Made by a program: the position numbers and the translations under genes
Assembly (NCBI GenBank): GCA_964506835.1
Contig: CAZDNG010000020.1
Location: forward strand, 14,847-78,846
Reading direction: 5' to 3'
DNA: 64,000 nt
From: an uncultured Polyangiaceae bacterium
GTDB taxonomy: Bacteria > Myxococcota_A > Polyangia > Polyangiales > Polyangiaceae
Shown: one piece after another, positions 1 to 8,832 of the stretch
Numbering within the stretch: the first letter of the stretch is position 1
Layout: each line of letters starts with the position of its first letter
The notes under the pieces: model-generated
Databases searched by the model: none
What the model saw: the letters and a program-made list of their open reading frames with translations, nothing else
Told to the model about the DNA's origin: nothing

Positions 1-1056
1 TTCAATTTCACGACTCGCCACGACGCGATTCGAAACGCCATCGTACCGACCGCCGCGGTCGGCGCGATCGGCTACGCAGTCGCGCGCCGTCGCGGAACCC
101 TCCACGTCGGCGACGAGCGCGACACCCGCGCGCCGATCACACCCGCCGCTGGGATCGCGTTCGCCGTGATCGTGCTCGGTATCTACGGGGGCGCTACGGC
201 GCTCCTCGCGTCCGAAGTCAGGCAGCTCAATCTCACCTTCACGGCGATCGTCGAAACACTGAAGAACGTGCCGCCGTACGGGTACGTGTTCGGCATCGTC
301 TTTTTCGTGTCGCATCTGACCATCCGCACTCCGATGCCGGAGAGCCACCGAAGAGCGGGCCACGCGTTGAACGCGCTCCTCCTGTCGTCGGTGACGTGCT
401 CGATGATCTACGACACGTCGTTCGTGCAGTACTCGGCGTTCTACTACAACGACCCGAGCATCCCGATCGTGCTGCTCTGCGTCTACGTGGCGACGGAGCG
501 GTCGGGCCTTTCGTGGGCGACGCCGGTGGCGCTCATTCTCTCGGTCCTGCCGACGTTCGGGACGAAGCTCGATCGTGCGCTTACCGCGGACGTCGTGGTC
601 CGCTCCGGGCAATGGGCGGGCCTCCGAGTGAACTACCGCGGCGTCGAGGTGCTCCGCGCCGCGTTGCGCGCGCAAGAACTCGCAGGCGCCACGGGGACCG
701 TCCTCGTCTTGCCGGAAGATCTCGAAATCGCGGGCGTGGTGCAGCGTCCCCGGCCACCGGTCCTCGGCGCGATCCTCTTCGTCGATCAATATCCGAAACG
801 GCTCCTGGCCCACGACCTCGACGCCATCGATCGGCACCCGCCCGACGTGATCCTGATCCACCCCCGTCGTCTCGAGGATTGGCAGGGCCTGTACCACACG
901 TGGACCGTCGACAGCGCCGCAGAGCGGATGCTCGGCCACGTGCTCGGCAAGATGATCCCCAAGGACTACGTGCTCGATAGCACGTACCCGACGATCTACT
1001 TCTTCGACCAGGGCCAGCTCGACGTGTACGTCAGGAAGCACCGAGGCGGCTCGTGA
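1..1056 (+). CDS. polytopic membrane protein (5' end outside window), paralogue of 1053..3014
   Basis: Frame 1 is open from nt 1, so the 166 start in the ORF track is internal. The N-terminal part is hydrophobic. The C-terminal ~150 aa (VLVLPEDLEI..RPRPP..GAI.FVDQY..IHPRR..W) aligns by eye with the C-terminus of the next gene. GTGA stop/start overlap at 1053-1056. Confidence 0.65.
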   Translation, partial: FNFTTRHDAIRNAIVPTAAVGAIGYAVARRRGTLHVGDERDTRAPITPAAGIAFAVIVLGIYGGATALLASEVRQLNLTFTAIVETLKNVPPYGYVFGIVFFVSHLTIRTPMPESHRRAGHALNALLLSSVTCSMIYDTSFVQYSAFYYNDPSIPIVLLCVYVATERSGLSWATPVALILSVLPTFGTKLDRALTADVVVRSGQWAGLRVNYRGVEVLRAALRAQELAGATGTVLVLPEDLEIAGVVQRPRPPVLGAILFVDQYPKRLLAHDLDAIDRHPPDVILIHPRRLEDWQGLYHTWTVDSAAERMLGHVLGKMIPKDYVLDSTYPTIYFFDQGQLDVYVRKHRGGS

Positions 1057-3014
1057 CCGACGCGAAGGAACGGCGCATCGTCTGGGCGCTCCTCGCGCTG
1101 ACCGGCGTCGTCTATCTGGCGTTCAACGCGGCGTTCTTGCCGCGTCTCACGAACGTCAACTTCGGGGACGTCGAGTTCACGGGCTGGAGCGGCGCCATGG
1201 GCGCGCGCGTCCTCCGCGGCGAGCGCCCGTTCATCGATTTCGTCCTTCCGATCCCGCCCGGAAGCTTCGTGCTCCTCGCCGGGCTGCAATGGCTCGTCGG
1301 CAAATTCATGCTCCTCGAGGAGCTCTGGCTCGACGCGATCTTGCAGTTGATGATGGCGCTCCTCGGCTACTTCATCGCTCGGCGCTTCACGACGCGCAAA
1401 ACCGCGCTGCTCACCGCGCTCGCGACGCTGATCACCCTCATCGAGCTCAACAAGGAGTGCGCGTACGATCACACGGCCGAGCTCGTCGCGTGGGCGAGCA
1501 TCGCCGCGGGCACGGCAGCGCTGTTCCCGCGAGGCCGAGCGCGGAGCGATCGCGCGTGGCTCCTCTGCGGCGCGCTCGCCGGCTTCACGTTCGCGTTCAA
1601 GCAATCGACGGGGCTCGGCATCGCCGTGGGTTGGGCCGCAGGGCTCGCTTATCTCGTGCTCGCCGAGCTCGGCTCGGGGCGGCGCGCCGAGGCAAGTGCC
1701 TATCGACTCCCGGCAATTCGCTATTTCCAGGGGCTCGCGATCGGCGGAGCCGGAGTCTGGTTCGTCCTGGTCGCGGTGGGCAGCACGTTGCGCGCCTTTT
1801 TTCAGGCCACCTTCCTGGACGCTTCCGGGTTGAAGGGGGGTCCGGGTCTCCTCGCGCAAAACCTGATCGCGTACTTGTTCGCGGATCCGGCGTATCCCGC
1901 CTCGCTCGGCACCGTGCTCGCCGTCGTCTTGGTCGGCTTCGCCATGGTGAAGCGGCGTGGAACGATTCACCTGGGCGACGAACCGAAGCGCGCCGAACCG
2001 ATCGCCACGTGGGAAATCGTGACCATCGGAGTGGCCACCGTGGCGACGTTCGCCGGCGGCGCGGTGCGGCTCATGAAGGGCCCCCCCGGTTATTCGCCGA
2101 TCTACATTCCGCTCTTCGACACGTTCAAGCAGATCCCGCTCTTCGGGCCGGCCCTCGTGGCGCTCTTCTTCGTCGTCCACTTGATCGCAATTCCGAAATC
2201 GGACGGAGACGACGCGCCGTCGGTCGATGCCGCGCGAGCCGGGCATGCTTTGAACGCGGTCTTCATCGCCGCCTTCGCGTGCACGTTGCTCCACAATACG
2301 TCCGCGCCCGAGTTCCGACCCACCTACGACAACAACCCGATCGTCGCGCTCGGGTTCGCGGTCATCTTCGTCGTTCTCGACCGCGCGCGGCTGCGCTGGT
2401 TGAGCGCCCTCCTGCTCGTCTTGGTATTCGGCAGCTTGTTCGGAAATAAGTATTTCCGGGCGATGACCGCGACCACGAAGGTCACCTCGTCGAGCTACCT
2501 CGCCGGCATGCGCGTGAACGATCGCGGCCTCGAGGTGGTGCGCGCCGCGGCCCACGTTCGCTCGCTCGCCGGACCGAACGATACCGTGCTCGTGCTCCCG
2601 GAGGATCTCGAGATCGAGTCGATCATCGGCCGACCGAGGCCGCCGTTGACCGGCGCCATCGTGTTCGTCGACCAGTACACGCGCCGCGTGGTCGTCGCCG
2701 ACATGGCGCGGCTCGACGAGCATTTGCCGAAGGTCATCGTCATTCACCCGCGGCGCGCCAGCGAATGGCAGCGGTTTTTCCGGATCTGGTCGGGGAGCAG
2801 CGGCGCCGAGCGGATGATCTGGCACGTCCTCGACGACGTGCTGCCCGCTCACTACCGGCGCGAATCGAGCTATGCGACGAGCTTCCTCTGGCAACCCGGC
2901 GTGCTCGACGTCTGGGTGCGGCGCGATCCGGGAGACTCGGCGGCGCCGGAAGAAGACACCGCAGGCGTTCGACAAGACGTCGGAGACACGGAGACCGCGT
3001 CGGGGACCCGATGA
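1053..3014 (+). CDS. large polytopic membrane protein with a conserved C-terminal soluble domain; possibly a GT-C/ArnT-like glycosyltransferase (function uncertain)
   Basis: 653-aa ORF with many hydrophobic helices and realistic amino-acid composition. The antisense ORF 996..3059 is Arg/Glu/Asp-rich junk. It shares its C-terminal domain with the upstream gene. ATGA overlap with the next gene at 3011-3014. Confidence 0.7.
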   Translation: MTDAKERRIVWALLALTGVVYLAFNAAFLPRLTNVNFGDVEFTGWSGAMGARVLRGERPFIDFVLPIPPGSFVLLAGLQWLVGKFMLLEELWLDAILQLMMALLGYFIARRFTTRKTALLTALATLITLIELNKECAYDHTAELVAWASIAAGTAALFPRGRARSDRAWLLCGALAGFTFAFKQSTGLGIAVGWAAGLAYLVLAELGSGRRAEASAYRLPAIRYFQGLAIGGAGVWFVLVAVGSTLRAFFQATFLDASGLKGGPGLLAQNLIAYLFADPAYPASLGTVLAVVLVGFAMVKRRGTIHLGDEPKRAEPIATWEIVTIGVATVATFAGGAVRLMKGPPGYSPIYIPLFDTFKQIPLFGPALVALFFVVHLIAIPKSDGDDAPSVDAARAGHALNAVFIAAFACTLLHNTSAPEFRPTYDNNPIVALGFAVIFVVLDRARLRWLSALLLVLVFGSLFGNKYFRAMTATTKVTSSSYLAGMRVNDRGLEVVRAAAHVRSLAGPNDTVLVLPEDLEIESIIGRPRPPLTGAIVFVDQYTRRVVVADMARLDEHLPKVIVIHPRRASEWQRFFRIWSGSSGAERMIWHVLDDVLPAHYRRESSYATSFLWQPGVLDVWVRRDPGDSAAPEEDTAGVRQDVGDTETASGTR

Positions 3015-4957
3015 CGGAAACCGGAAGCGAACGCGAACCCGCGCGGGCCGACGAGGCACCCCCCGACCGCGTCGCTCGCGCGTGGGTCGCGGTGCTCGTT
3101 CTGGCCGCCGCGCTCCACGCCAGCCTGCTCCGCTACTTCACGCCGAGCGGGCTCGTCTTCTCGGGGAAGCCAATCCACGAATACGACTACGCGCTCCACG
3201 TGTATCAAGTCGATCGCGCGGTTCGTGCGTTCGACTCCGCGGGTCATTTCTGGAGCTACGATCCGTTCGTGCTCGCCGGACAGCCGGCGGGCGTCGTCGA
3301 AGACGTCACCAGTAAGAGCCTCGAGTTTTTCGTCGTCGCGGCGCATCGGCTCGGGCTCGACCCCTGGAAGGCATTCAACGGCTACGTCTTTTCGATCCAC
3401 TTGGCGATGCCCTTCATCGGCTTCCTGTCGGCGCGACTCTTCGGTCTCTCGCGCCTGGCCTCGTCGCTCACGGTGCTCTTCTGGGTCGTCCTCTGGTACT
3501 TCGACTCGTTCCTTCACTGGTGCTGGTACGTCGGCATGGTCTCCTGGGGCGCGTCGAGCTGCCTCATCGTGCTCGTCGTCGCGCTGATGTACCGCGCGCT
3601 CCGCGACGGGCGCGCGTCGTTCTACGTCGCGCTCGGCGCCACGGCGGCGGTGGTGACGCTCGTTCATCCGTTCGCGCCGGTGTCTCTGGTGCTCCCGCTC
3701 GGCGCGCTCTACGCGCGTTCGTTCTCGCGGCTCGAGTGGCGTGAGCACGCGATGCTCCTCGGCGGTACGGTCGCCGCCGCCGCTACGACGCTGACCTGGA
3801 TCGGTCCCGCGATTCGCTTCCGGCACGACATCGGCCAGGTCGACGCATTCCTCTGGCCGACCGTGCCGTACGTGTTTCTCGACTGGATGGACCTGTTGAA
3901 GGACGTCTTGATGACCGGTCAGCCCGTTCGCACGGTGTTCCGCGTCCTCGCGCTCGCACTGGCGGCAGTCGGCGTCGCCCGGTGGCGTCGCGACCACGAC
4001 GATCGCGCACTCCCGCTCGGCGTCCTCGTCTTCGGTTCGTTCGCGCTCGCGTACGGGAGCGGCTACTCCGCGATCCTCCGGCAGACCCAGCCCTATCGAA
4101 ACATCGGGCCGGCGACTCTGGCCGCCGCGCTGGTCGCTGCCGTGGTCGTCGCGGATGCGCTGGAAACGGTTCGACTCCGCGAGCTATCGAGAAATGCTCA
4201 GGTCGCTCTCGCGGTCGCCGCGGCGCTGATCGTGCCGTCGCTCGCGCGAACGGCGCTTCAATTTCTGCCGACGTGGGTTCCGTCGCGCGAACCGTCGCGA
4301 AGCGCGCGACGACCCGGCGCTACTCCCGGCGAGACGAACGACGAGCTTCCGCCGGTCGTCATGGGACACGAAGGACCGAGGCCCGAATACGCCGAGATCG
4401 CGTCCCTGCTCGAGCAATCGCTCGGTCAATCCGGTCGCGTCGTGGTCCTCGACTGGGTGCTCGGCGAATACCTCGCGACGTTCACCCAGGTTCCGATCCT
4501 CGGCGGCATTCCCCAGCGAAACGTGCCCCAGGTCGACGCGCACCCACTCCGCCACTCCTTCGTTCCGCGGGGTCCCGGTGACGATCCGCTCGGGCGCTAT
4601 TTCGACGAGTACGCTGTGTCGGGCGTGGTCGCGTCAGGACCGCTCGGTCCTATCGATGCGCGTAGCGATTTACTCGTCCCTCTCACGGCGATCGGCGATC
4701 TTCGCGTCTACCGGGCTCGGCACACGCCGACCTATTTCGCCAAAGGGTCGGGCTTTGTGGGACATCAGGCGCTCAACCACGTTTCCGTGACCGGCGCGAG
4801 CCCTGGCGAAGTCGTCCTCAAATTTCATTACCTCGAAAGCCTCCGGTGCCGGCCCGACTGCGACGTGACGCGGAGTGCGAGCACCGACGACAGCGCGGGC
4901 TTCGTCCGCGTCCCGAGCGCTCCGCCTGCATTCGAAATATTCAACGCCTACGACTGA
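3011..4957 (+). CDS. polytopic membrane protein with a C-terminal soluble domain (unknown function)
   Basis: ATG at 3011 (MTETGSEREP...) overlaps the upstream stop as ATGA. The 2765 start in the track lies inside the previous gene. Multiple TM helices are followed by a ~250-aa non-hydrophobic tail. Confidence 0.65.
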   Translation: MTETGSEREPARADEAPPDRVARAWVAVLVLAAALHASLLRYFTPSGLVFSGKPIHEYDYALHVYQVDRAVRAFDSAGHFWSYDPFVLAGQPAGVVEDVTSKSLEFFVVAAHRLGLDPWKAFNGYVFSIHLAMPFIGFLSARLFGLSRLASSLTVLFWVVLWYFDSFLHWCWYVGMVSWGASSCLIVLVVALMYRALRDGRASFYVALGATAAVVTLVHPFAPVSLVLPLGALYARSFSRLEWREHAMLLGGTVAAAATTLTWIGPAIRFRHDIGQVDAFLWPTVPYVFLDWMDLLKDVLMTGQPVRTVFRVLALALAAVGVARWRRDHDDRALPLGVLVFGSFALAYGSGYSAILRQTQPYRNIGPATLAAALVAAVVVADALETVRLRELSRNAQVALAVAAALIVPSLARTALQFLPTWVPSREPSRSARRPGATPGETNDELPPVVMGHEGPRPEYAEIASLLEQSLGQSGRVVVLDWVLGEYLATFTQVPILGGIPQRNVPQVDAHPLRHSFVPRGPGDDPLGRYFDEYAVSGVVASGPLGPIDARSDLLVPLTAIGDLRVYRARHTPTYFAKGSGFVGHQALNHVSVTGASPGEVVLKFHYLESLRCRPDCDVTRSASTDDSAGFVRVPSAPPAFEIFNAYD

Positions 4958-5283
4958 CGCGGTGCGGCCGGAGAATCAGTTGCAGGATACGTGCGTCTCA
5001 TTTAGGGTAGCCCTGGCGCTACTTCCCCTCGATGAGTTGGGCCTTTAGAGAACGTCCGCTTCGTCAGCTCAGGGGCTCGACCGGAGGCACTGCGTGGCCT
5101 CGAGACCCGAGCCTTCCAGGCGGCGTTGCGAAAGCCGAGAGCGCACACCCAGTCGCCGGGTTCTTTGCGGAACCCATCGGCCGCCGTGTGTTTCACGGTC
5201 CTCGACTTGGCTCGCCAGCCCGACCCTTCGAATTGCGCTGCCTGGAGCCGTTTCCAGCAGCGTTTTAAGAGACGAGACAGCCC

Positions 5284-6777
5284 ATGGCAGGTTCAATGAG
5301 TCCGACGGAAAAGCTTCGACCCGGCGTAAGTGGCATGAGCCTCTACGTGCCCACGTTGCGCGTACCGCTCGAAGCGTGGTGCGAGTGGACCGGTAACCAG
5401 TGGCCGAAGGTACAGGCCGTGGTCGGAAATAGTTTTCGCGTCACGGCCCCGGACGAGAACGTCTACACATTGGCCGCGACGGCGGTCCTCCGCCTCATCC
5501 GTCAATACGGCATCGACCCCACGCGCGTCGGCTCGCTGGCTCTCGGAACCGAGACCAGCACGGACAACTCGGCCGGCTCGGTCATCTTGCGTGGCATGGT
5601 CGACCGCGCCCTCGAATCACTCGGCATGCCGCGCCTCTCGCGCTCGTGCGAAGTGCCCGAGGTGAAACACGCTTGTCTCGGCGGCGTGTACGCCATGAAG
5701 GCGGCGACGCGGTACCTCGCCCTCGACGGCGCCGACAAGGTCGCGATCGTGGTCTGCGCAGACATCGCCGAGTACGAGCGCGGCAGCACCGGCGAACAGA
5801 CGCAAGGCGCCGGTGCCATAGCGTTACTGCTCGAGCCCCGCGCTCGCCTCTTCGAGCTCGACCTCGCGCACGCGGGCAGCGCCTCCGACTATCGCGGTCC
5901 GGATTTCCGGAAGCCGCACGCGCGCCACCTCGTCGAGTCGTACGCGACCCGCACCAAGCGCCAGCACGATTTCCCGGTGTTCAGCGGCAAGTACTCGACG
6001 ATCGCGTACCTCGAAGAGACGATGCGCGCGTTCGAGGACATGTCATCGCGCTTCGGCATTCCGAGCCTCGAGCTGTTGCGCGGCGCCGAAGCGCTGTTCT
6101 TCCATCGCCCGTACCACCACATGCCGGCGCAAGCTGCGGCCTTCTTGTATTTGCGCGCCCTGCTCGAAGCTCCCGCCGAAGGCACGACGGTCCTCGCGCT
6201 CTGCCGCGAAGCGGGCGTGTCGCGTGAAGCGCTGGATGCCGAGTCGCGATCGCGGCCCGATCTGTACTCTCGCGTGCTCGAAGGCAAGGCCGACGTGGAT
6301 CCGTTCCCGGTCACCAGCCAGGTCATCGGCTTGTTGCGCAAGAGCGGCGAGTTCAAGAAGTTCCTCGAGACCAAGATGAGCCTCGGTTCGCGGGGTGCCG
6401 CCGAGCTCGGCAACCTCTACACGGCCGCGCTCCCCGCGTGGATGGCCGCAGGGTTCGAAGAGGCGCTCACGCGCAACATCGATCTGAGCGAGAAGCGGCT
6501 CCTCGCGCTCGGATACGGCAGCGGCGACGCGGCCGAGGCGGTTCCGATTCGGATGGTGCCGAACTGGACCGAGGCCGCAAAGAACATCGGCTTCGCCGCG
6601 TCGCTGAAGGGCGCGCACGACATCACGCGCGACCAATACGAGTCCCTGCACGACACCGCGTCCGCCCTCGACTTGCCGGCAATGCCCGGCAACCGCTTCC
6701 GCATCGCCAGCGTCGGCCAGCGCTACGAACCGAACTTTCAGGATCTAGGCGTCGAGTACTACGAATACGTGAGCTGA
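5284..6777 (+). CDS. mvaS: hydroxymethylglutaryl-CoA synthase family protein
   Basis: HMGS-type motifs were read in the translation: active-site Cys context EVKHACLGGVYA, FFHRPYHHMP (His) and LGYGSGDAAE (Asn/Gly-rich loop). N-terminal LYVP..L..W pattern. At 497 aa it is longer than typical bacterial MvaS. Confidence 0.75.
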   Translation: MAGSMSPTEKLRPGVSGMSLYVPTLRVPLEAWCEWTGNQWPKVQAVVGNSFRVTAPDENVYTLAATAVLRLIRQYGIDPTRVGSLALGTETSTDNSAGSVILRGMVDRALESLGMPRLSRSCEVPEVKHACLGGVYAMKAATRYLALDGADKVAIVVCADIAEYERGSTGEQTQGAGAIALLLEPRARLFELDLAHAGSASDYRGPDFRKPHARHLVESYATRTKRQHDFPVFSGKYSTIAYLEETMRAFEDMSSRFGIPSLELLRGAEALFFHRPYHHMPAQAAAFLYLRALLEAPAEGTTVLALCREAGVSREALDAESRSRPDLYSRVLEGKADVDPFPVTSQVIGLLRKSGEFKKFLETKMSLGSRGAAELGNLYTAALPAWMAAGFEEALTRNIDLSEKRLLALGYGSGDAAEAVPIRMVPNWTEAAKNIGFAASLKGAHDITRDQYESLHDTASALDLPAMPGNRFRIASVGQRYEPNFQDLGVEYYEYVS

Positions 6778-6798
6778 GCCCCATCGTGCTCGCGTCCG

Positions 6799-6824
6799 CG
6801 ACAGGCCCGATTTCGGGCCTGTCG
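6799..6824. terminator. hairpin between convergent genes (candidate bidirectional terminator)
   Basis: cgacaggcccg-attt-cgggcctgtcg forms an 11-bp perfect stem with a 4-nt loop. It lies between the stop of 5284..6777 (+) and the stop of 6829..8823 (-). There is no clear U-tract. Confidence 0.45.
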
Positions 6825-6828
6825 ACGA

Positions 6829-8823
6829 TCAAAACTCACACTGATTCGTGACGGTGCTGCACGTCGAGCCAGGAGCGGCGAAGGGGCAGATGTCACCGAA
6901 GAAGTTCTCGCACGGGTCGCCACACGCGCTGACGGTGTCCGTGTAGCAGAGCCCGCTCTCGCAAGTCGTGTCGTCGGCGCAGCGGCACGCAAAGTCGTCG
7001 ATGATGCCGTTGCCGTTGTCGTCCAGGCCGTTGCAGCACTCCGTCGGGTACGCCTCGCTCGCGTGGCAGTCGCTGTCGGCGCAATCGATCTTGCCGTCGC
7101 AATCGTTGTCGATGCCGTCCGTGCAGTTCGCGACGCCGAACTCGGCGACCGGAGGCGCGCCGTTGTTGCAGTTCAGGCAATTCGGCGCGCTCGCGCAATC
7201 GGGGTCCGCGCAATCGGCGAAATGGTCGCCGTCGTTGTCCTTGCCGTCGTTGCAGATCTCCTTGGGGTTCTGATCGATGGTGACGTTCAGGACGTACGTC
7301 CCCTGGTCGGGGCCGCGGTTCGCATCGACCGCGAACCCATCGACGTAGACGAAATAGTTGCCCGTGGGGAGCGTATCGAACGCGAGCTTCGAGGCGTGGT
7401 CGACGCCGCCGCTGTCGTCGTCGCAGCCGAGCTCGCGCCCGGCGGTGCACGAACCGACGCGGACGTAGAGGGTCGTGTCGAAGTTGGACCCGATCGTGTC
7501 GAGCGACACTTCGGACGGCGCCGTCAACGCGAGCCGGAACACCGCTTCACCGGCCGCGCCGCCGCAGGTTCCCGTGGTTTCGCCGACGTTCCCCGTGGTG
7601 TCGCCGGTGTACGAGCCGCTGGCCGTGATCAGACGCGCGGTGAGGCAGTTCGACTGCTTCTTCGCGCACGTCGGGTTGTTCGCGCAGTCGGGATCTTGGC
7701 AGTCGATCTTGCCGTCGTGATCGTCGTCGATGCCGTTGTTGCAAATCTCGGCGACCGGCTTGCAGTTCGGCGAAAAACGGCAATCGCTGTCCGCGCAGTC
7801 GATGGCGCCGTCGCAGTCGTCGTCGACGCCGTTCGAGCAGTTCTCAGGGGCGCACTTCGCGCAATCGGGAGACGACGCGCAATCCGTGTCGGCGCAATCG
7901 ATCGCGCCGTCGCAATCGTCGTCGCGGCCGTTCGAGCAATTTTCGGCGGTCGGCGGGGTCGTGCACACACACGCGGCCGTACCCTTGCAGTCGGGGTCGG
8001 CGCAATCGACGAGGAGATCGCAATCGTCGTCCACGCCGTTCGTGCAATTTTCGGGAGTGCTCTGGCAAATGCACCCGGCGTCCATGACGCAGGCGGGATC
8101 CGCGCAATCGGTGAGCCCGTTGCAGTCGTCGTCGATGCCGTTCTGGCAGTTGCCGAACTCCGACGCGGCGCAGCCGCACGGCCCGGTGCCGATGCAATCC
8201 GGGTCGTTGCAATCGACGAGCCCGTCACAGTCGGCGTCGATCCCCTCGCCGCAGAGCTCGGTCGGCGACTTGGGGACGCAGGCGCAAGGCACCACTCCAG
8301 CGCACGCCGGGTCGAGGCAATCGGTGAGACCGTTGCAGTCGTTGTCGGCGCCGTCTCCGCACACCTCGGGCAAGCCCGGATGGGCGTTCGGATTTTCGTC
8401 GTTGCAGTCGTCCCCACCGCACGCCGCGTCGATGTGCCCATCGCCGTCGGCGTCGCGAAGCAGCGTGACGCAGCCACCGGGCACGCATTTGCCGACGTGG
8501 CATGCGTCGTTGGTCGTGCAATCGGCGTCCGCGCCGCACGCACCGGCTACACCCGCGCTTCCTCCGCTGCCGCCCGCGCCGGCGAATCCGCCGGTTCCGC
8601 CGCCGGAAACATCACCGAATCCGCCGAAGCCTGCGAACCCGCCGTTGCCGCCTGCCCCCTCGCCTCCGCTTCCCGAAGCGCCGGCCGCACCCCCCGTGTT
8701 CGTGACGGCGCCTGTACCGAACCCGCCGAAATCGTCGTCGAGCACACCGGACCTGCTGCACGCCGCGGCCAGGAACAGGACCAGACACTGCCACCCTCGA
8801 ATCGAGTTCACTGCACTCCTCAC
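6829..8823 (-). CDS. secreted lipoprotein with ~10 MopE-type Cys/Asp-rich putative metal-binding repeats flanking a PPC (pre-peptidase C-terminal)-like beta-sandwich
   Basis: Signal/lipobox LVLFLAAAC. Gly-rich linker. Repeats of C-x-[ND]-G-x-D-[ND]-D-C-[DN]-G-x-x-D-C-x-D-x-[DA]-C. The central segment (TTLYVRVGSC..GCDDDSG..GNYFVYVDGF) is typical of PPC domains. Confidence 0.8.
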   Translation of the reverse strand: MRSAVNSIRGWQCLVLFLAAACSRSGVLDDDFGGFGTGAVTNTGGAAGASGSGGEGAGGNGGFAGFGGFGDVSGGGTGGFAGAGGSGGSAGVAGACGADADCTTNDACHVGKCVPGGCVTLLRDADGDGHIDAACGGDDCNDENPNAHPGLPEVCGDGADNDCNGLTDCLDPACAGVVPCACVPKSPTELCGEGIDADCDGLVDCNDPDCIGTGPCGCAASEFGNCQNGIDDDCNGLTDCADPACVMDAGCICQSTPENCTNGVDDDCDLLVDCADPDCKGTAACVCTTPPTAENCSNGRDDDCDGAIDCADTDCASSPDCAKCAPENCSNGVDDDCDGAIDCADSDCRFSPNCKPVAEICNNGIDDDHDGKIDCQDPDCANNPTCAKKQSNCLTARLITASGSYTGDTTGNVGETTGTCGGAAGEAVFRLALTAPSEVSLDTIGSNFDTTLYVRVGSCTAGRELGCDDDSGGVDHASKLAFDTLPTGNYFVYVDGFAVDANRGPDQGTYVLNVTIDQNPKEICNDGKDNDGDHFADCADPDCASAPNCLNCNNGAPPVAEFGVANCTDGIDNDCDGKIDCADSDCHASEAYPTECCNGLDDNGNGIIDDFACRCADDTTCESGLCYTDTVSACGDPCENFFGDICPFAAPGSTCSTVTNQCEF

Positions 8824-8832
8824 GGGTCGACC

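Noticed and set aside
996-3059. 687-aa ORF antisense to the membrane-protein gene. The same applies to similar long antisense or alternative-frame ORFs: 2870..3997, 7063..9018, 9942..11423, 15851..16960, 17251..18390, 24788..26440, 34684..36003, 36422..37948, 42534..43625 and 61311..62360.
   Set aside because: Their composition is dominated by Arg/Gly/Asp/Glu/Pro runs. They have no recognisable motifs, and each overlaps a gene with clear family signatures. These are typical shadow ORFs of high-GC DNA.
5032-5268. 78-aa ORF in the gap upstream of the HMG-CoA synthase gene.
   Set aside because: It has no RBS, a Pro/Arg/Gly-rich composition, and equally long ORFs on the opposite strand. The region is treated as non-coding.
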